Under the pieces are notes generated by a model. That model was not told the DNA's origin. It ran no database searches and worked only from the letters and a program-made list of their open reading frames with translations. Below are positions 11,245 to 25,300 of a stretch of 64,000 nt of DNA, piece after piece. This DNA is from Tubiluchus corallicola (Eukaryota > Animalia > Priapulida): contig JAQGDQ010000128.1 in assembly GCA_030141605.1 (NCBI GenBank), positions 434,001 to 498,000 on the forward strand, written 5' to 3'. Both the position numbers and the translations under genes were made by a program. Every line of letters starts with the position of its first letter. The first letter of the stretch is position 1.

Positions 11245-12052
11245 TAATTAATTTTATAGAGAACGGCCAGCTGTGATAACTTGCGACATTGCGATTGCGA
11301 TACTCGACTCTCTCCACCTTTTAGAGGCAGGCACCTTTATAGGGTACCAAGTCTATTCTTCTATATCTATAACGCTGATCTTTTTGTTGTCTTTTCCAAG
11401 TTTAATGTCTTTATTTGTCTTTATCCTGTATTACATACATTCGTTCACTAGATTTCTAATTTCTAGCAATCCTTCCTTTTCACTGTTCATTAATACATCT
11501 GAGTTCAAAATTTTTTTCCATTCTCCATATCTGTAAGATCTAAGCATATGTTGAGTAGTGTCATCATCTTCCTCACACACTGGGCATAATAACTGATTCT
11601 TAAACTCATTCTTGTAGTTCCCTTTAACTTTAATCATATTCAGTCTTATTTTCAATATATCTTTAACCTCTTCTGGCTTGCATGTGTATATGTAATTTTG
11701 TCGTTTCCACTCGGTATGCCTTAAAAATCTTAATTTAGTGCTGCTCCTGCATTTTTCTGCACATTCATTCTTTATACAACATTCAATCTTATTCTTTACT
11801 TCTTTCTTCCATTCAGACTTTTTCATGACCTTCACCCTTTCTTTATTAGCATCTATGGTATATTTTTTTGCTGCCTCAACTACTTCATTATACCATGACC
11901 TTTTATGTGCACTGTTTATTTGCATTTCGAGTACCTCTGATGCTAATCTCTTTGGTTTACTAATCAGTAAATTCCAATAGAACATCAATCTCCTATAATT
12001 TCTTTATGTTTTAGAGGCCATATGCCTATTTCAGTTAATTTCAGTAGGTGTA
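11245..12052 (-). mobile_element. Decayed 3' fragment of a non-LTR retrotransposon
   Basis: ORF 11431-11988 with upstream frameshifted TEIGIWPL...RRLMFYW. LKIRLNMIKVKGNYK...CPVCEEDDDTTQHML resembles a LINE C-terminal zinc knuckle with the last Cys missing. Ends are approximate. Confidence 0.7.
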
Positions 12053-13389
12053 CATTTAAAATTGTGACATTACTGTCTATACAAACTACGTTTTGCGGTA
12101 TTTAGTAGGATACTACTCCCAAAATTAGATGAAAAATGTATAACGATTGCTGTATCTTAAAGGACAATCTACACCTGCCAACTCTCACGCATCTGGCATT
12201 TGTCACACTTTTTTCGCACGGGCAACAAATTACAGTTCTCATGCACTCTGCAACTTCACACACAAATTTGCAAATCACCTGGCTTGCTTTGCCATCAGGA
12301 CCAACCCTGACACAATTTGTTGTACTCTCAATAATACGGTAGGGTTCATGAAGCGCACGGTAGATATTATACTAAAGGGTATTGCAATTATTAAAAATGA
12401 AGCACTTTTGGATGCTTTGAGCACAAAAGAACGTATTTATAATTAAAGCATAGTAAACTACAATAACAGCGTTAATACGCAAAAATTACCTAATTGCTTT
12501 TATTTTTTGCCTTAATTGTTTGATGATTTGATTTTGATACCCAGAAATTTAAGTAAAAATTTCTGGGGCATCATTTCTCCCCCTTCCCTGTTTTAGAGGA
12601 ATCTTGCACTTGCTTGAGACAATACCAATATTTTACAATGGGATCTCAATTATAAACAGTTCTAACAGGTCAAAAAAATCTGGATAATCAAGAAACTCTA
12701 GATAAACAGCCTTACCCAGAATTGCTTCTGATAAAATGCCATATTTGTAATATCATATGCAGAACAAGTAAAAGTATATGTAAGCTGTACTTCTAGGTAT
12801 AAACATTACCCTCTATTTAGTTTACTAGTGATTCTAGCTGTGATAATTCTGAAGTTATTTATTTACTTTGTAATGTATTCTAGACATCATTTAGGAAAAT
12901 ATTGTGCTCATTTACGGAAATTTATTTAATTTTGGAATGTGCTGTTTCGAGTCGCATTTTCTAATTGTCAACAAAATAATTGGCAAGATATGCTAATGAT
13001 GTATGCGGTGAACTGTCATATTATTCACACTATTGCAGTTAAATGTTACAGTTGCTGCAGTTATTGTAATTATGACATTATTAATTAATTTTTGAGTAAA
13101 AAAAGTAAAATGGCTGTTCTGCAAAACAAAAGAAGCAAGAGAGATGTGCATGTGTAATACACTTTTGCATCAGTATAGTATTAAGGAAAAATGGATAAAA
13201 ACTGTGACTTGTAATTTTTGTTGTCCATTCTGGACAATGCAATATTATGGATTATCAGGGTCCAGGTAAGTAGGATGTTACTGCATCATACAGACACAAT
13301 AAATAGGTTGTATCATTGCAATTTTACATAACTTTATTATGATTTATGTTTGAGGTTTTTTTAGTTGAATACTGACACTGAGCAAACTA

Positions 13390-16300
13390 ATGGCTGAGAC
13401 TCTGTCATCGGAGAATGTAGACGGTAAACACGAAGTTTCAGCTGTCATGGATCAGTGGGAAATGAGCAAGGAAAATGTTCAACCGTTAAAGCAGGGAAGA
13501 ATTGCTAATCTCGCACCGCAATTGTGTGATGGCAACCAGGCTCGGTTGAAGCAAGAAAGACAGTCAGTTATTTTAGTATATACTCTCGTTTGCCTGTGCA
13601 AATATAATGACATGTATATTTTTCATATGTTACACTAACTAACAACTTGGTAGTCATCAAAACTGACACTGAGGCTTCAACATTTTGTTTTGACTTATGG
13701 CTAATTTGCTGTTGGTTTAATAGATGACCTATAATAATTATTTGAAATCAGACTTCTAAAGACAGAACTTGGTTAAATTTATGAGCTTCTTTACTGCTTT
13801 TTTTTGTCTTTTGTTTTATCTGGATAAAGAGCTTTCACTTGCTACAAAACTGTGGTATTAAATGAGTTCAAATCTATCACTGAAAAAGCAGTGTTGTATT
13901 ATAGTCATCTCTAGTTATCCTGTAAAAGCTCAATTCTTTGCTAAAATTACTACATGGTAGATGTATTTTTAAATGTATTTTACTGAAACTAGAAGAATTT
14001 GTTGATAGGTAACACTGAAATTTTTTACCTTTAAATTATCAAATAAACACAGTTCATATTATATTGTTGACCTGGTAAACATGATTGTATTATTCTCACT
14101 AATGTACATATTTAATTGTCAATCTTTAGTATTGTTTGCCTTCAGAAACTATTATTTTTTAATTAAGCTATAGACCAGTCACCATTGTGCCTAAAATTGA
14201 CATTTATTAGATGTAAAAACATACAGCACTTTAAATGTATAGGCAACACTCTATAGTAGATCAAGTTTAATTTGATAGACTTTATTCAGTAATTATAGTA
14301 TGTTATCGTTTTTTGACTTTCAGAGAATTTGAAACTTTGCTTCGTACTTATGAAGGGGATGATCCATTTACAGTTTGGAACAAGTAAGTAAATTATACCT
14401 TGATGATTATTAGTCAGTTTTGATATTCAGTTGCAGTAATCAGTATGAAAAAAAATTTCCGTAGTTTTGCTTCTTCACATTAAGTGACTGAACATTAATT
14501 AACTGAGTGGATACTAGACAAGCTTACATAATATTTACACTGGTTAAGAATTATGTCAGATGAGTAATTTTATTGATCACACGTACCAGCTCTCATAAAA
14601 ATTTCCACCCTCTAGCTCTGGGTTTTGTTGATGCAAGTGTTGTGGTTTTTGTAGCATGAAACAATGTCAATAGTTTATATTATGTGTACTTAATTGTTTT
14701 CCAGTTATATTAAATGGACGTTGCAAAATTTCCCAAGTTGTGGCAAAGGCAGTAATTTGCAGCCATTGTTGGAGCGATGCCTTAGTTTGTTTCAGCGTGA
14801 CGAAAGATACAAAAATGATCGACGTTACATTTCAGCGTGGATCACCTATGTATGATATACTGTTCCTTCTTTGGAGTAACCACTTAAATTGTTGTTATAT
14901 TAAGGATGTTAAAAATCAAGCATGTAATTTCAATAATTATTTGAAAAAACTGGAAGTGATGGCTAATTCTTAGATCATGATATAATTTAACGGCTGTTTA
15001 TGCTTTAAGATCACAGTTTAGATTCTTCTTTGGTTATCTGCATTTGTTTGTACCGTCATGAATTTTTTTATTGTGAATCTAATTCTATCTTTATCTGAAA
15101 CGAGTGTCACTGAATTGTTTTCACAGGTGGAACCAGAAATTTAATTTTCCTAAAAATTGCAACTAACCTAACTTCGAAAACTTTGTGATTTTCAAATTGC
15201 TTTTTTATTTGAAATCATTTTACTGCCATTAAACTGCACCAAAATTAATAGTTTGCAAGTAGTAGATGTGTTTCTTGAGAAATTCATTTTTGTTTACTAT
15301 GTTAATTATCTAAGTCAAATATTATTTGCAGGCTAGCATGTGTGATTACCCTCTGGAGGTTTATGATTTCTTGTATGATCAGGAACTTGGCATGCTTGTT
15401 GCTGACACATATTCGTCTTGGAGCAGTGAGTTGGAAATGTCTGGAGATTTGAAGAAAGCGAATGCGGTTCTTGAAAATGGAATAAAGCTTGGAGCTGAGC
15501 CAACGGAGAAACTGAAAATGTGCAAAAAGTAAGTTTGATAACTTATATAGGATAAAGTTTGACTAATTGACTACTTATTAATTTGAGTGGAAATTATTTC
15601 TTCAATTGCAATGTGTTGCTCGAGCAGGCATTTTACTGTTGAAATACATGTGATAAATGCGCATGTTGCCTATTGTTTAATGATTTTGTACTGTATATTG
15701 GGTATTCGAAAACTTTCATAAAAGAATGCCGATTCAATGATTGCATGCTAGATCAGTTTAGATAGCAACAGGTGTTAGATGTTACAGTTTTGTTATTAGT
15801 CTTTTTAAAGCTGAGGCATCATTATTTCTGGTTTAAAAACTTCTACAATGTCATAACCAACTAAACTAAATCTTTTCAAAGTAGTTTAAATTTGCTATTA
15901 AAAACTGTATCTTGGGAAAGTTTCTTGGTTTAATATCTGTATCATACAAAAGGCAATGATTAATATTATTCTGTAGTACAAAGTAAATGAATAGAGAATT
16001 TGGTTTATTGCACTTTTTAGAGCTACTATATTGTCTTTTTTATGACCAAAGACTTGTAATTGGTCAAGCTAAAAATACCATGCTTATGTATGATTCTGAC
16101 ATCTAGTTTTTTTCATTAGAAATCTTGAGCTTAGAGTTGGGCGAAAGGTTATGCAGGAAATAGCAGAAGCAGGAGACGAAGCTGAACCATTACCAGGCGA
16201 ACAACGGATGGCATTAAATGCACTGACTGGACAAGGCAAGAGGAAAGACAAAATGCCAGTACTCAGAGCAGGCACTATACGAAAGCAATGTATGGATACT

Positions 16301-19300
16301 TTTTTATAATATAGCATTTGGTTATACTCGAAATACATTTTCAGTTATTTCTACTGCTTTGGTATAGGTAAACCCAGCATGCAGCTGTTGGTTAGAACAA
16401 TATGACTAATCAAACTGAAGTAACAAACTTAACCATTGAAAGGGTTAGCTATCTGTATGTCTGCATTTGTGCATATTTTTGCTCGTTGGAAATAGCTGCA
16501 TAAATATCAGGTACTTCCTAATAGTCGATAATCCCTAATAGTTAACTAGGTTCTGACCAACTGCAATCAATTGCACGGCAGTAGCAGGCTGTACACCGAG
16601 TAAACTTTGGTTTGAAGTGAGTCTGTTTTACGAAAGGTGACTCTTTTAGATGAAATCCTGAAGTGGCCACATTCAGATGTTACCATATTATGTTTGTCAC
16701 TCTGTGAGATAAACAACCAAAGGCTGTATGGAAGATGAAAGCCCAAAGGCGATTTTTGCAGTCACACATCAATGATTAACCAGGCGCAGCATTGCCTTAA
16801 TTTCATTGTCAAGCGTACACCATGATCACTCAACTATTTTAACCAATTTAATGTGTTATTGTAAGTTGGTTGGTTTCGCCTTGTGCTTATTTTTATACCA
16901 AATTATGTGTACACTTATATACACGTACATACATAGTTATATGGGAAATGTGCACTATGCTTTTATGTTCAATAAACATTACATTATATTATATTTGTTT
17001 CATATCGTATCACAGCATGTCAGTTCAAATTATGCTACATTACAATGATTATATTAGATTACATAATTTTATATTTGTTTTATATACATTAAGAGCTTAA
17101 AAAAATAGGATACCGTATAAAATGGCAAACAGCATTGCTCAGAAATTACAGAATTGTTAATTAGAGTCTTATTTTCATGTGCTGCAATCTTGAAAATTGT
17201 TTTTGTTACAGCTGGGTTATCTGCTAGTCATTCTACAGAAACTAAGAACACGTCTGAAACCTTTAAGATATTTTGCGATGATCAGCCATCTGAAAACAAT
17301 GCTCCAGTACAGACTGGTGAGTGGCGTAAACTGGCATCAAATACGGAGTCGAAGAAAGAGAATGTGAAAGCTCCAGGGCCATGGAATAAAAATAAGGTTA
17401 TGGTTTTTCTTTTTTTCATAGAATTAGCTGATGAATAATGTGCTGTGTGGAAATGCAAATCCCGCCGTGTTTTGTAATTTTTGTTGATAGTGGCTGACAA
17501 TTATAGGTTGGATGTTCAATGTTGCAGCTGCTGTTATGCAAATTACATATTATTGAAAACAAATCTTTATTCGTGTAAATATTCTGTTAAAATGAATATT
17601 ATTTTACAGCTTGGGCATAAAAGTTTAGGAGTGGCAGCTGTAACAGGTTTTGGTGAAAAGCCAACTTTTTCCGTACATGAGGATTCAGATACAGAAAATG
17701 AAGCAAGGTATTTATCTGATATTTTTTTAATGATTTTTCATTTTCAAATGCTAGCCTATGAGTTGCACTGACAAGTGTTTGCCTGCAATATATAGAACTG
17801 TGATAATGTATTACCAAATAATTTCTTGTCTGTTAATACTCTGATTCATGAGTTGGGAATACTGATGGAAGAAAGGGCCAAGAAATCTAAATGAATGAGT
17901 GAGTTCTGTTTTCAAATATCTGCTTTGTGTTATTAAATCTTCTTTGCCATTGAATGCATTTTGCTTTGTTATCAAAAAAACTACCTTAATTGAAATATGT
18001 TTCGTTCTTTTTTTTGGTGTGTTCTGTTTTTTTGGGGGGGGAAGCAAAAGAACAAATTGAAATTTTGCAGAATTTTTTTCCAAAAATAAGAAATGAAACG
18101 GATTAGTGGAGTTTGCAGTTATACTTGAAACTGGTTTGTGCTTGAGTGAGATGACATTTTTAGGGCACCAAGAGCACCTTTAGATGCCAAGGTACTTAGT
18201 ACCAAGAAGGAGCCACCACCACCAAATTTTTTGTACAACTTGAATCATGCTGACAGAGGCCCAAGAAATTTAAATGAACGGGTGAGTTCTGTTTTTCATT
18301 CTTTCTTTTACACAATATGCATGATCCTCATCGTCTCATTGCTATTAAATCACCTTTGCTGTCGTATGTATCTTGCTTGTATAAGTAAAATTACACATAA
18401 ATGATATAGTTATAACCTATAATGCTTATTTAGCCGATGTATGCGAAGAGCAAGGTGTATGGTGGCATAGAAGAATTTTCCTTTGAGGAGCTTAAAGCGC
18501 TCAAATTGCAAAGCAAAAAACAAGCCTTAGACAGGTAATGTACTACTGATTGACCTATTCTAATATTATTTCTCTTACTTAAAATTTTATATAATGGCAT
18601 GAACTTGCTACCATGAACTAGCAACGAACTAGCATAAGCTTAATACCATGGTTTTGTAAACGGAATGAGTGATTGTAAAGTCTGGTATTTCACTTCGGAT
18701 TATGTATTGGTGGTATACAGTTGCAGTGCACGAAGTGTTGATCAGGGTTCTCACGGTCAGGGAAAATCCTGGAAAATCCTTGAAAATACAGACTATCCTG
18801 GAAAGTCAGGGGAAAAGATAATTTGATAAAAAGTTAGGGAAAATGATGAAAATGAGGCAAAAGTCAGGGAAATTGGAAAGGGTTGAATCAATATTTTCTA
18901 AGCATACTTTTCAGCGATTTGTGTTCAAATAAAATTTTGCTCTGGCAGGCTCCCAGTTTCGATTTCTGTTCCAAAAATAACGATTGGCCGACACATTATA
19001 TATCAATATATGTATGAATGTACATACACAAAAATGTATGAGTGTGTATACTGGTCATGCAACCTTTGCTTATCTTGGTCAGGGAAAGGTCAGGAAAATT
19101 TATTTTAAAATTCTGTGGGAACCCTGGCTGATTTACTGATTCGTGCTGGCGGTGTTTAATGAATGTTTGTTAACTGCAGCGAGTGATGTGATTTTCATTT
19201 GCACAATAACACACTCATCCTTTGCAGTTGCTGAACTCGTAAATAATAAAAATGTACCAAATTCAAAAGTTTTTTTGTAATTGTCTTATGTTTTAGATGG

Positions 19301-22300
19301 CAACAAGAGAAGTTAAAGAAGGATATGGAAGAGAAAATAAGGATGGAAATGGAAGAAAAAATCAAACAACAGGTGTGTTACTTTTTTCTCTGCCAGAACA
19401 TTTATTAATTGCAATTGCATAGGTTATATATTGTTTTAAAACTTTTTGTTAATTATAATAAAAGGCAACCTTTTAATGCTTTGATTTATTTTATTATTCT
19501 TGAGTTGACATAAACAGAAATAAATTGTTTTTGTGCTCTTGCTAAGAAAAGCACAAGAAAAACAGTGCAGCATTTCTTTCTTGGGACTTAGACTTATAAG
19601 TGTTATTTGTGTCATTCAGACACACAAACGTTTCCAAACAGAAGATACTTGTCTATATGTGTGCTTAATCATTTGGTATCAGATGGTATTAAAACGTAAT
19701 ATTAAGATCTGATGGCAAAAAATTCTTTCTAAAACTAAATTCGGCACAGCAATGCAGCCATTAAGCAATGAGTTATCATTAATCTTCTATATCTAAAATT
19801 TAGGAATGATTGAATTCTACTTGCACACTAATTTTCAGATTCATTTTCTGGAATAACCTTTCAAAGTTTCTTGTACTGTAATTTAAGAACCAATAAAAGG
19901 GTAATGGTTACAAGTTGTTGTTCAGTTGCTTCAACTAAAAAACTACAACTAATTCAACTAAAATTATTAACTTTTTGGTCCGAGCTATGAAATATTTATC
20001 ACCTGTTCTTACAATAGCAGTATGCTTTTTTATCTGTTTAGTGGGCAATGAAATTAAGTAAGTCTTGAACGAAATTAGTACTTATATTGATGAGAAATAT
20101 TGTAATTTTATAAATTTGTAATTTACCTTTTACAAATTAGTTTGTTGTGTTTTTTATTGCTAGGTAGCAGAACAGGTGAGGCAGCTACAGTTGCAAGCAC
20201 CACATTTGGCAAGGAATCAATATTCAGAATCTGAATCTGTAAGAGCTGCTATGTCTATTTTACTCTAATGCATAGTTCTCTTGCTTTTTTGTCAGTTTTT
20301 ATCTGCTCAAAAGAAGGTAACACAGGTTAAGCCCAGTATGTGGCATCTTGAATAAAAAGTTGTAACTATAACAAAATTCAGGTCATGTTATTATATCATA
20401 CATATACAGTAGGTGCCATTTATTAGACTCACATTTAATAGAAGCTTAATTGACTCAGAAATGTCTGGTATGACCGCTCCTATTCAAATGTATATAAAAA
20501 CTGTCATTAATTGACTCAAATAACTCCCCATAAGTGACTCTATATTTTTGTAGCTTCTGTACTCTAGCTTCAATAAGACACTTGTGTGTGACCAAATTAG
20601 TTTTATTGTTTTTACGTTACTTTTGTACACCATAAAATACCTAGAAACAGTCTTGTTAAGTACAGCTTTGTTTTGTAAGCAGGCAGTTTTATTTAGCATA
20701 GCGGTGTTGCTTTGAATCTGTCACCCCCTTGTCGCTGCAGTTAACCTCGTTGCTTCTAGAAGCTAAACGATCAATAACTTGCGTAGCAGTTTGCTTTTGA
20801 AGCTCCCGCTGCTTTTCGCCACACAAGGTCATCACCAACTGCATCTTATGCACTAGGTGGACCAGGTGTTTTGCTTGAACATGTACAGCATACAGCAACA
20901 GATTTTCAACATTTTTATCATTATGAGGATTTCATAAATCAACTTCTACATGAAGAAATGAAGCAAGCAACCTTGCACGAATTTTTATAAATTTTCGTGG
21001 ATATAAACGCTTATATAAATTAGTATGCTTAAATAATTCCACATAGGAATTTTGTATTAATTCGTTTCTAAAATTCATTTAAAGCCTTTGCAACTCATGC
21101 TAAGATGACGAGTGATGACTCATACTTCTATAATAGTAATGCTACACCCATTGGCTAATTTATTCAGTTGGTTAATTGGGTCAAAACACTTTCATCCTGA
21201 AGTGAGTCTGTGAAGTGGCCCCTACTGTATACGATATGCTGAAATGAAGTGGCCCCTACTGTATACGATATGCTGTGTGCTTTTTAGCAATGAAGGAAGG
21301 ATGATGATAGCTAATGTAAATACCTACATCTTTTCTTAGAAAAGCAATACCAAAACAGCACACAGATCTTCGACATTGGACTCCAACAGTAGCACTTACA
21401 GCAATGTCAAACAAACTCCTGAAAGCAACAGTGATGAAATTGGCCTCAGTAAAAAGGATCAACTGATGCAGGGCTGTTTTTCTAAAGAGGAATGCTCAAA
21501 CGAGACAGAAAATTCCGGGAGGTAGATACATATAACAGAAAGTTTGAAAATAAAGTGCTAAAGAGAATTTTGATCTCATATATTGAAGAAAAGTGGCAAC
21601 ATTTTATAAGCCAAAAAAACAAAATGTTTGTGAAACACCAATACAGAGCTATCTGGATTTGTTTTAGATTTAGTCAGCCAAAAAAGTAAATTATGCTTAG
21701 TGTAAATAAAGTTAAATTATTATATTTGAGTGCAGTTATATTCATACATTGTTTTACATATAGGATCACTGAAACAATCAAAAGTACCACTTCATTTGAT
21801 GATCCAGCTAGGGACATTGGATCGATGCCAGAACCTCAGAATTCATCCTGTGAAAAGCTATCAAGTGTGAAACCAAAAACAAATCTTGTAAAGCCTATAC
21901 CACAGAAAGTTGCTCTCAGTGGCATCCCACGGCCTACACTTTCAAAAAGTGCAATACCAACTGTCAGTTCAAGGGCTGATCAAAAAAGAAACATTAAGCG
22001 TGTGCCCCTCGCGCCAAAGAGCGAGCAATCTGTTACAGGTAGCAGCGACACACCAGATGTTTTTGGAAATGTTGTGGAGAGATCAGACAGGTATTTACAT
22101 ACACCATTCTTTTTTGTATATTAGATCATTTTATTGGTCATGTAGCAATCTTTTAATGCTTTGCACTACTTCATATAATTATTTTCTTTGACAGGGATCT
22201 TTTAGAAAGGGATCGGACACAAACTGCAGTCCCTTCAAAAGTCACGGAGAGTCAGTCGAGTTTGGACCATTCTAACATACCACATAGTGGTACATCTTTG

Positions 22301-25300
22301 GCTGCTAGTTCAGAATTTTATGCTGACTTGGCAGTCTCATCAGCAGAGAATCAAAACTCTTTCATCACAGTGCATAGTGCTAAGATTGGCAACAATATTG
22401 GGTTTTCTGGACAAAAGTCTAGGTCATCTGGTTCAACTGTGACCGAAAACAAAACTACTATTCAAGATTTTGAATCTGACTCTGGAATTTTGCATGCAGC
22501 TTCAAATAAAATTCCTGAAGGACGTATTACAATCTCCGATTCGGGTGCAACCACACAAAGACCACTAAACGCATCGAATTCAAACCTTACTTGTCCCATT
22601 AAAGTTCATTCAGATGACATATCCGAAAAGCCTGTAGTTCAATCTGGTTATGAAAATGGGATGCACGATTCTTTTGTTTGTAATTTGAGTAAAAGGTATG
22701 ATGATTACAACATTTATTTGGTGTATAATGAGAATTTACTTCTGCTCCTGTAGAAATTTTTTTAAATTTCTGAGCTTAAATTTCTGGGAAAATAAAAATC
22801 TTTTTGTAGATAGATCGTAAGTAAGTAGCAGTTCTCAAAATTTCTGGTTGATCCGCTTTGACCAATGCTCTAAAGTGCTTTTGCACTCATGATATGACTT
22901 CCCCTGCTGCAGGTATAAGAAGCTGTTTACATCAAATTGTATCAGTATTTTTAGTGTGGCAAAATCCATATTCATACTTGAACTTTTTTCGTTTTTTTGT
23001 GTTTTAAATAGCTGTTATTGAGCAATAACTAACTATGTCTATAATCTTTTACAATTCTAGTGACACCGCAACCTCAAAAGACAATGCACACCAAATCTTA
23101 TCAGGCATGTCATTTCTGCAAAGGACCACACCATCTACTTCAACGAATCATTCAGTATCCAATCGCACACCGATCACCGGTGGCCGCTCACTCCTTATAG
23201 GTCCTTCCCCAACTGTGAATACGAAAGAAGCAATGGGATTGGTGATGGGAATGTTCAACATGACGCTAGGTATTAATAACGACCTTGATCCGGTTGATTC
23301 CACTGCAGATGATTGTGCATTTGAAGCAGCATTTACCAAAGGTATTGTATTTGAGCATAAAACAAACATTTTGCTGTTTACAAACCCTTTATTCCTTTTA
23401 AAACTTTGTCATCTTCAATACCTATTTGTAAATCCACACCTATATTCCTGTAAATACTGTAAAGGTAACTAAACGCTACATTGCACTGTATTTACCAAAA
23501 GCTATAAAGACAATGACTACTAAAGTTGCAATGGCACAGTCTTTCCGGTGCTGCAGGTTGCCGACAGTCATAGAGCATACTACACATGAGGCTGTAGTCA
23601 GGTTTTCAATTTTGACTTTGCCTATTAAACATTAACTCTCATCGAGTAGTGGATTTTTTACTACTGCTTGGGATTTGCACCCACCATTTGCATACTAAAG
23701 ACTTTATTTAGCTGCACAAAGTTTTTTATTTTACTAAAGTACAGCCGATCAAAAATTGCGCAATACTATAAAATTATACTAAAATACATAAGTACTAAGT
23801 AATTACATACTGCTGTTTTTTTACACTGTCAACTATTGAGATATCTGTGGAATGAAAGAAAATACACAGTAAAAATATATGGCAAATAAACAACAAGGAA
23901 CAGTTTTACATTTGAAAGCCTTGATTATTTATTGTGTCATCAACATGATTTAAAATACCAAAATTTTGAATTGTTGGACGTAGTAAAAACGGTTGTGCCC
24001 TAGAATCAATCACTAAAATATCTGAAATGTAGAAAAAGTTTTTGACAGAGCATTTAAGTCTTATTTTATGATTTATTTGCACCAATGTATTATAAAGTAT
24101 ATGTACTAGTACTTTGTAAAATATATTTTGCAGCAAATGCAGACAATGGCCCAAAAACGACTTTTGCTACCAAACCGCTTACTGCGAAATTCTCTGTATA
24201 TTCAGATAATTCAGTTGCACGTGACAGCAATGATGTCGGGTAAGTTTTTAAAAAGCAAGCATTAAATAATGGCTGAATGATTGCAAGTATTTTACTTATT
24301 AGTGTCTTATGCGTTATTATCTTCTGAATGAAATAATAAATGTTATGTTTTTGAGCAGTGGCCAACTTATTGTGCCACCAGGATAAGCTGAACTATTTTG
24401 TACTTTTTGCATGAGCTGAGCTCTTTTCTTTTGTGGGCAATGATTTTGGCAATAACAATGTGTTTTGAGTGTGTTGTATGCTTTGCTGATTTTGTGTTTC
24501 TTCCATTGATGTCTAAGTACTACTATAATTTGCATACGCACACAGTTAATAAAGAGTAATACGCACTGACTTTAATCACACAATTACAGCCACATACAAA
24601 TTTATAATTACAGTTTTAGCAGCAAAATTTATAAACAGACTACTAATGATCTACTCAACAAAGCAGGACTTGTGGCATAACTATACTATATCTATACGGT
24701 CTAAAATCCACCGGTCAATCAGTAAATTACAGATGATAATTTATGAAGGCATATTTACATTGAGAACTACTACTTTGACACTAAAACTATCACACAAGCA
24801 GTGACGAGGTATACACAACTAAAGCAACATGAACTACACTTTTTATTCTAATGCTTAATTACCTGAAAGACATTAGTACCTTGTTGCTTCTTATAAATTA
24901 TATAAATTCCACACATGTGCATGTCTTTTTCCATACAGAGTTACAGAAAGTGAGCACATATGGCAGAGCCAATTACAGCAACAAACTATTCCAAGAACTG
25001 GAAGTGTACCATCTACAGTATACCCTGCTGGAGAAACACAGAATGATCACTTTGTAAAACCAGCTGATGTAGTAGCCACAGCAACTTCTGCACCATTTCA
25101 AATTTACTCGGATGCAGAAACAGGCAATGATCCTAATCAGGAAAATCTGTAAGTAGTGCTGCTCCTCTATTCCAAAGGAAAACTCTGTGCTACAGTTATT
25201 TATTGATTTTTCTGTAAATAAGCACAAGGCTACATGTGTAGTTTGGTGCATACTATATGGTGCTGAGTTAATATTATAGTGTAATATAACTTTAGACTGA

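Noticed and set aside
12130-12450. Cys-rich broken reading on the minus strand (ECMRTVICCPCEKSVTNARC), possibly a transposon relic
   Set aside because: Too degraded to assign without a profile search.
10798-12612. 12/13 inverted match CAAGGGCAAGATT / AATCTTGCACTTG suggesting a TIR element around the BUB1 promoter
   Set aside because: A match of this length over 2 kb is near chance expectation, and there is no TSD.
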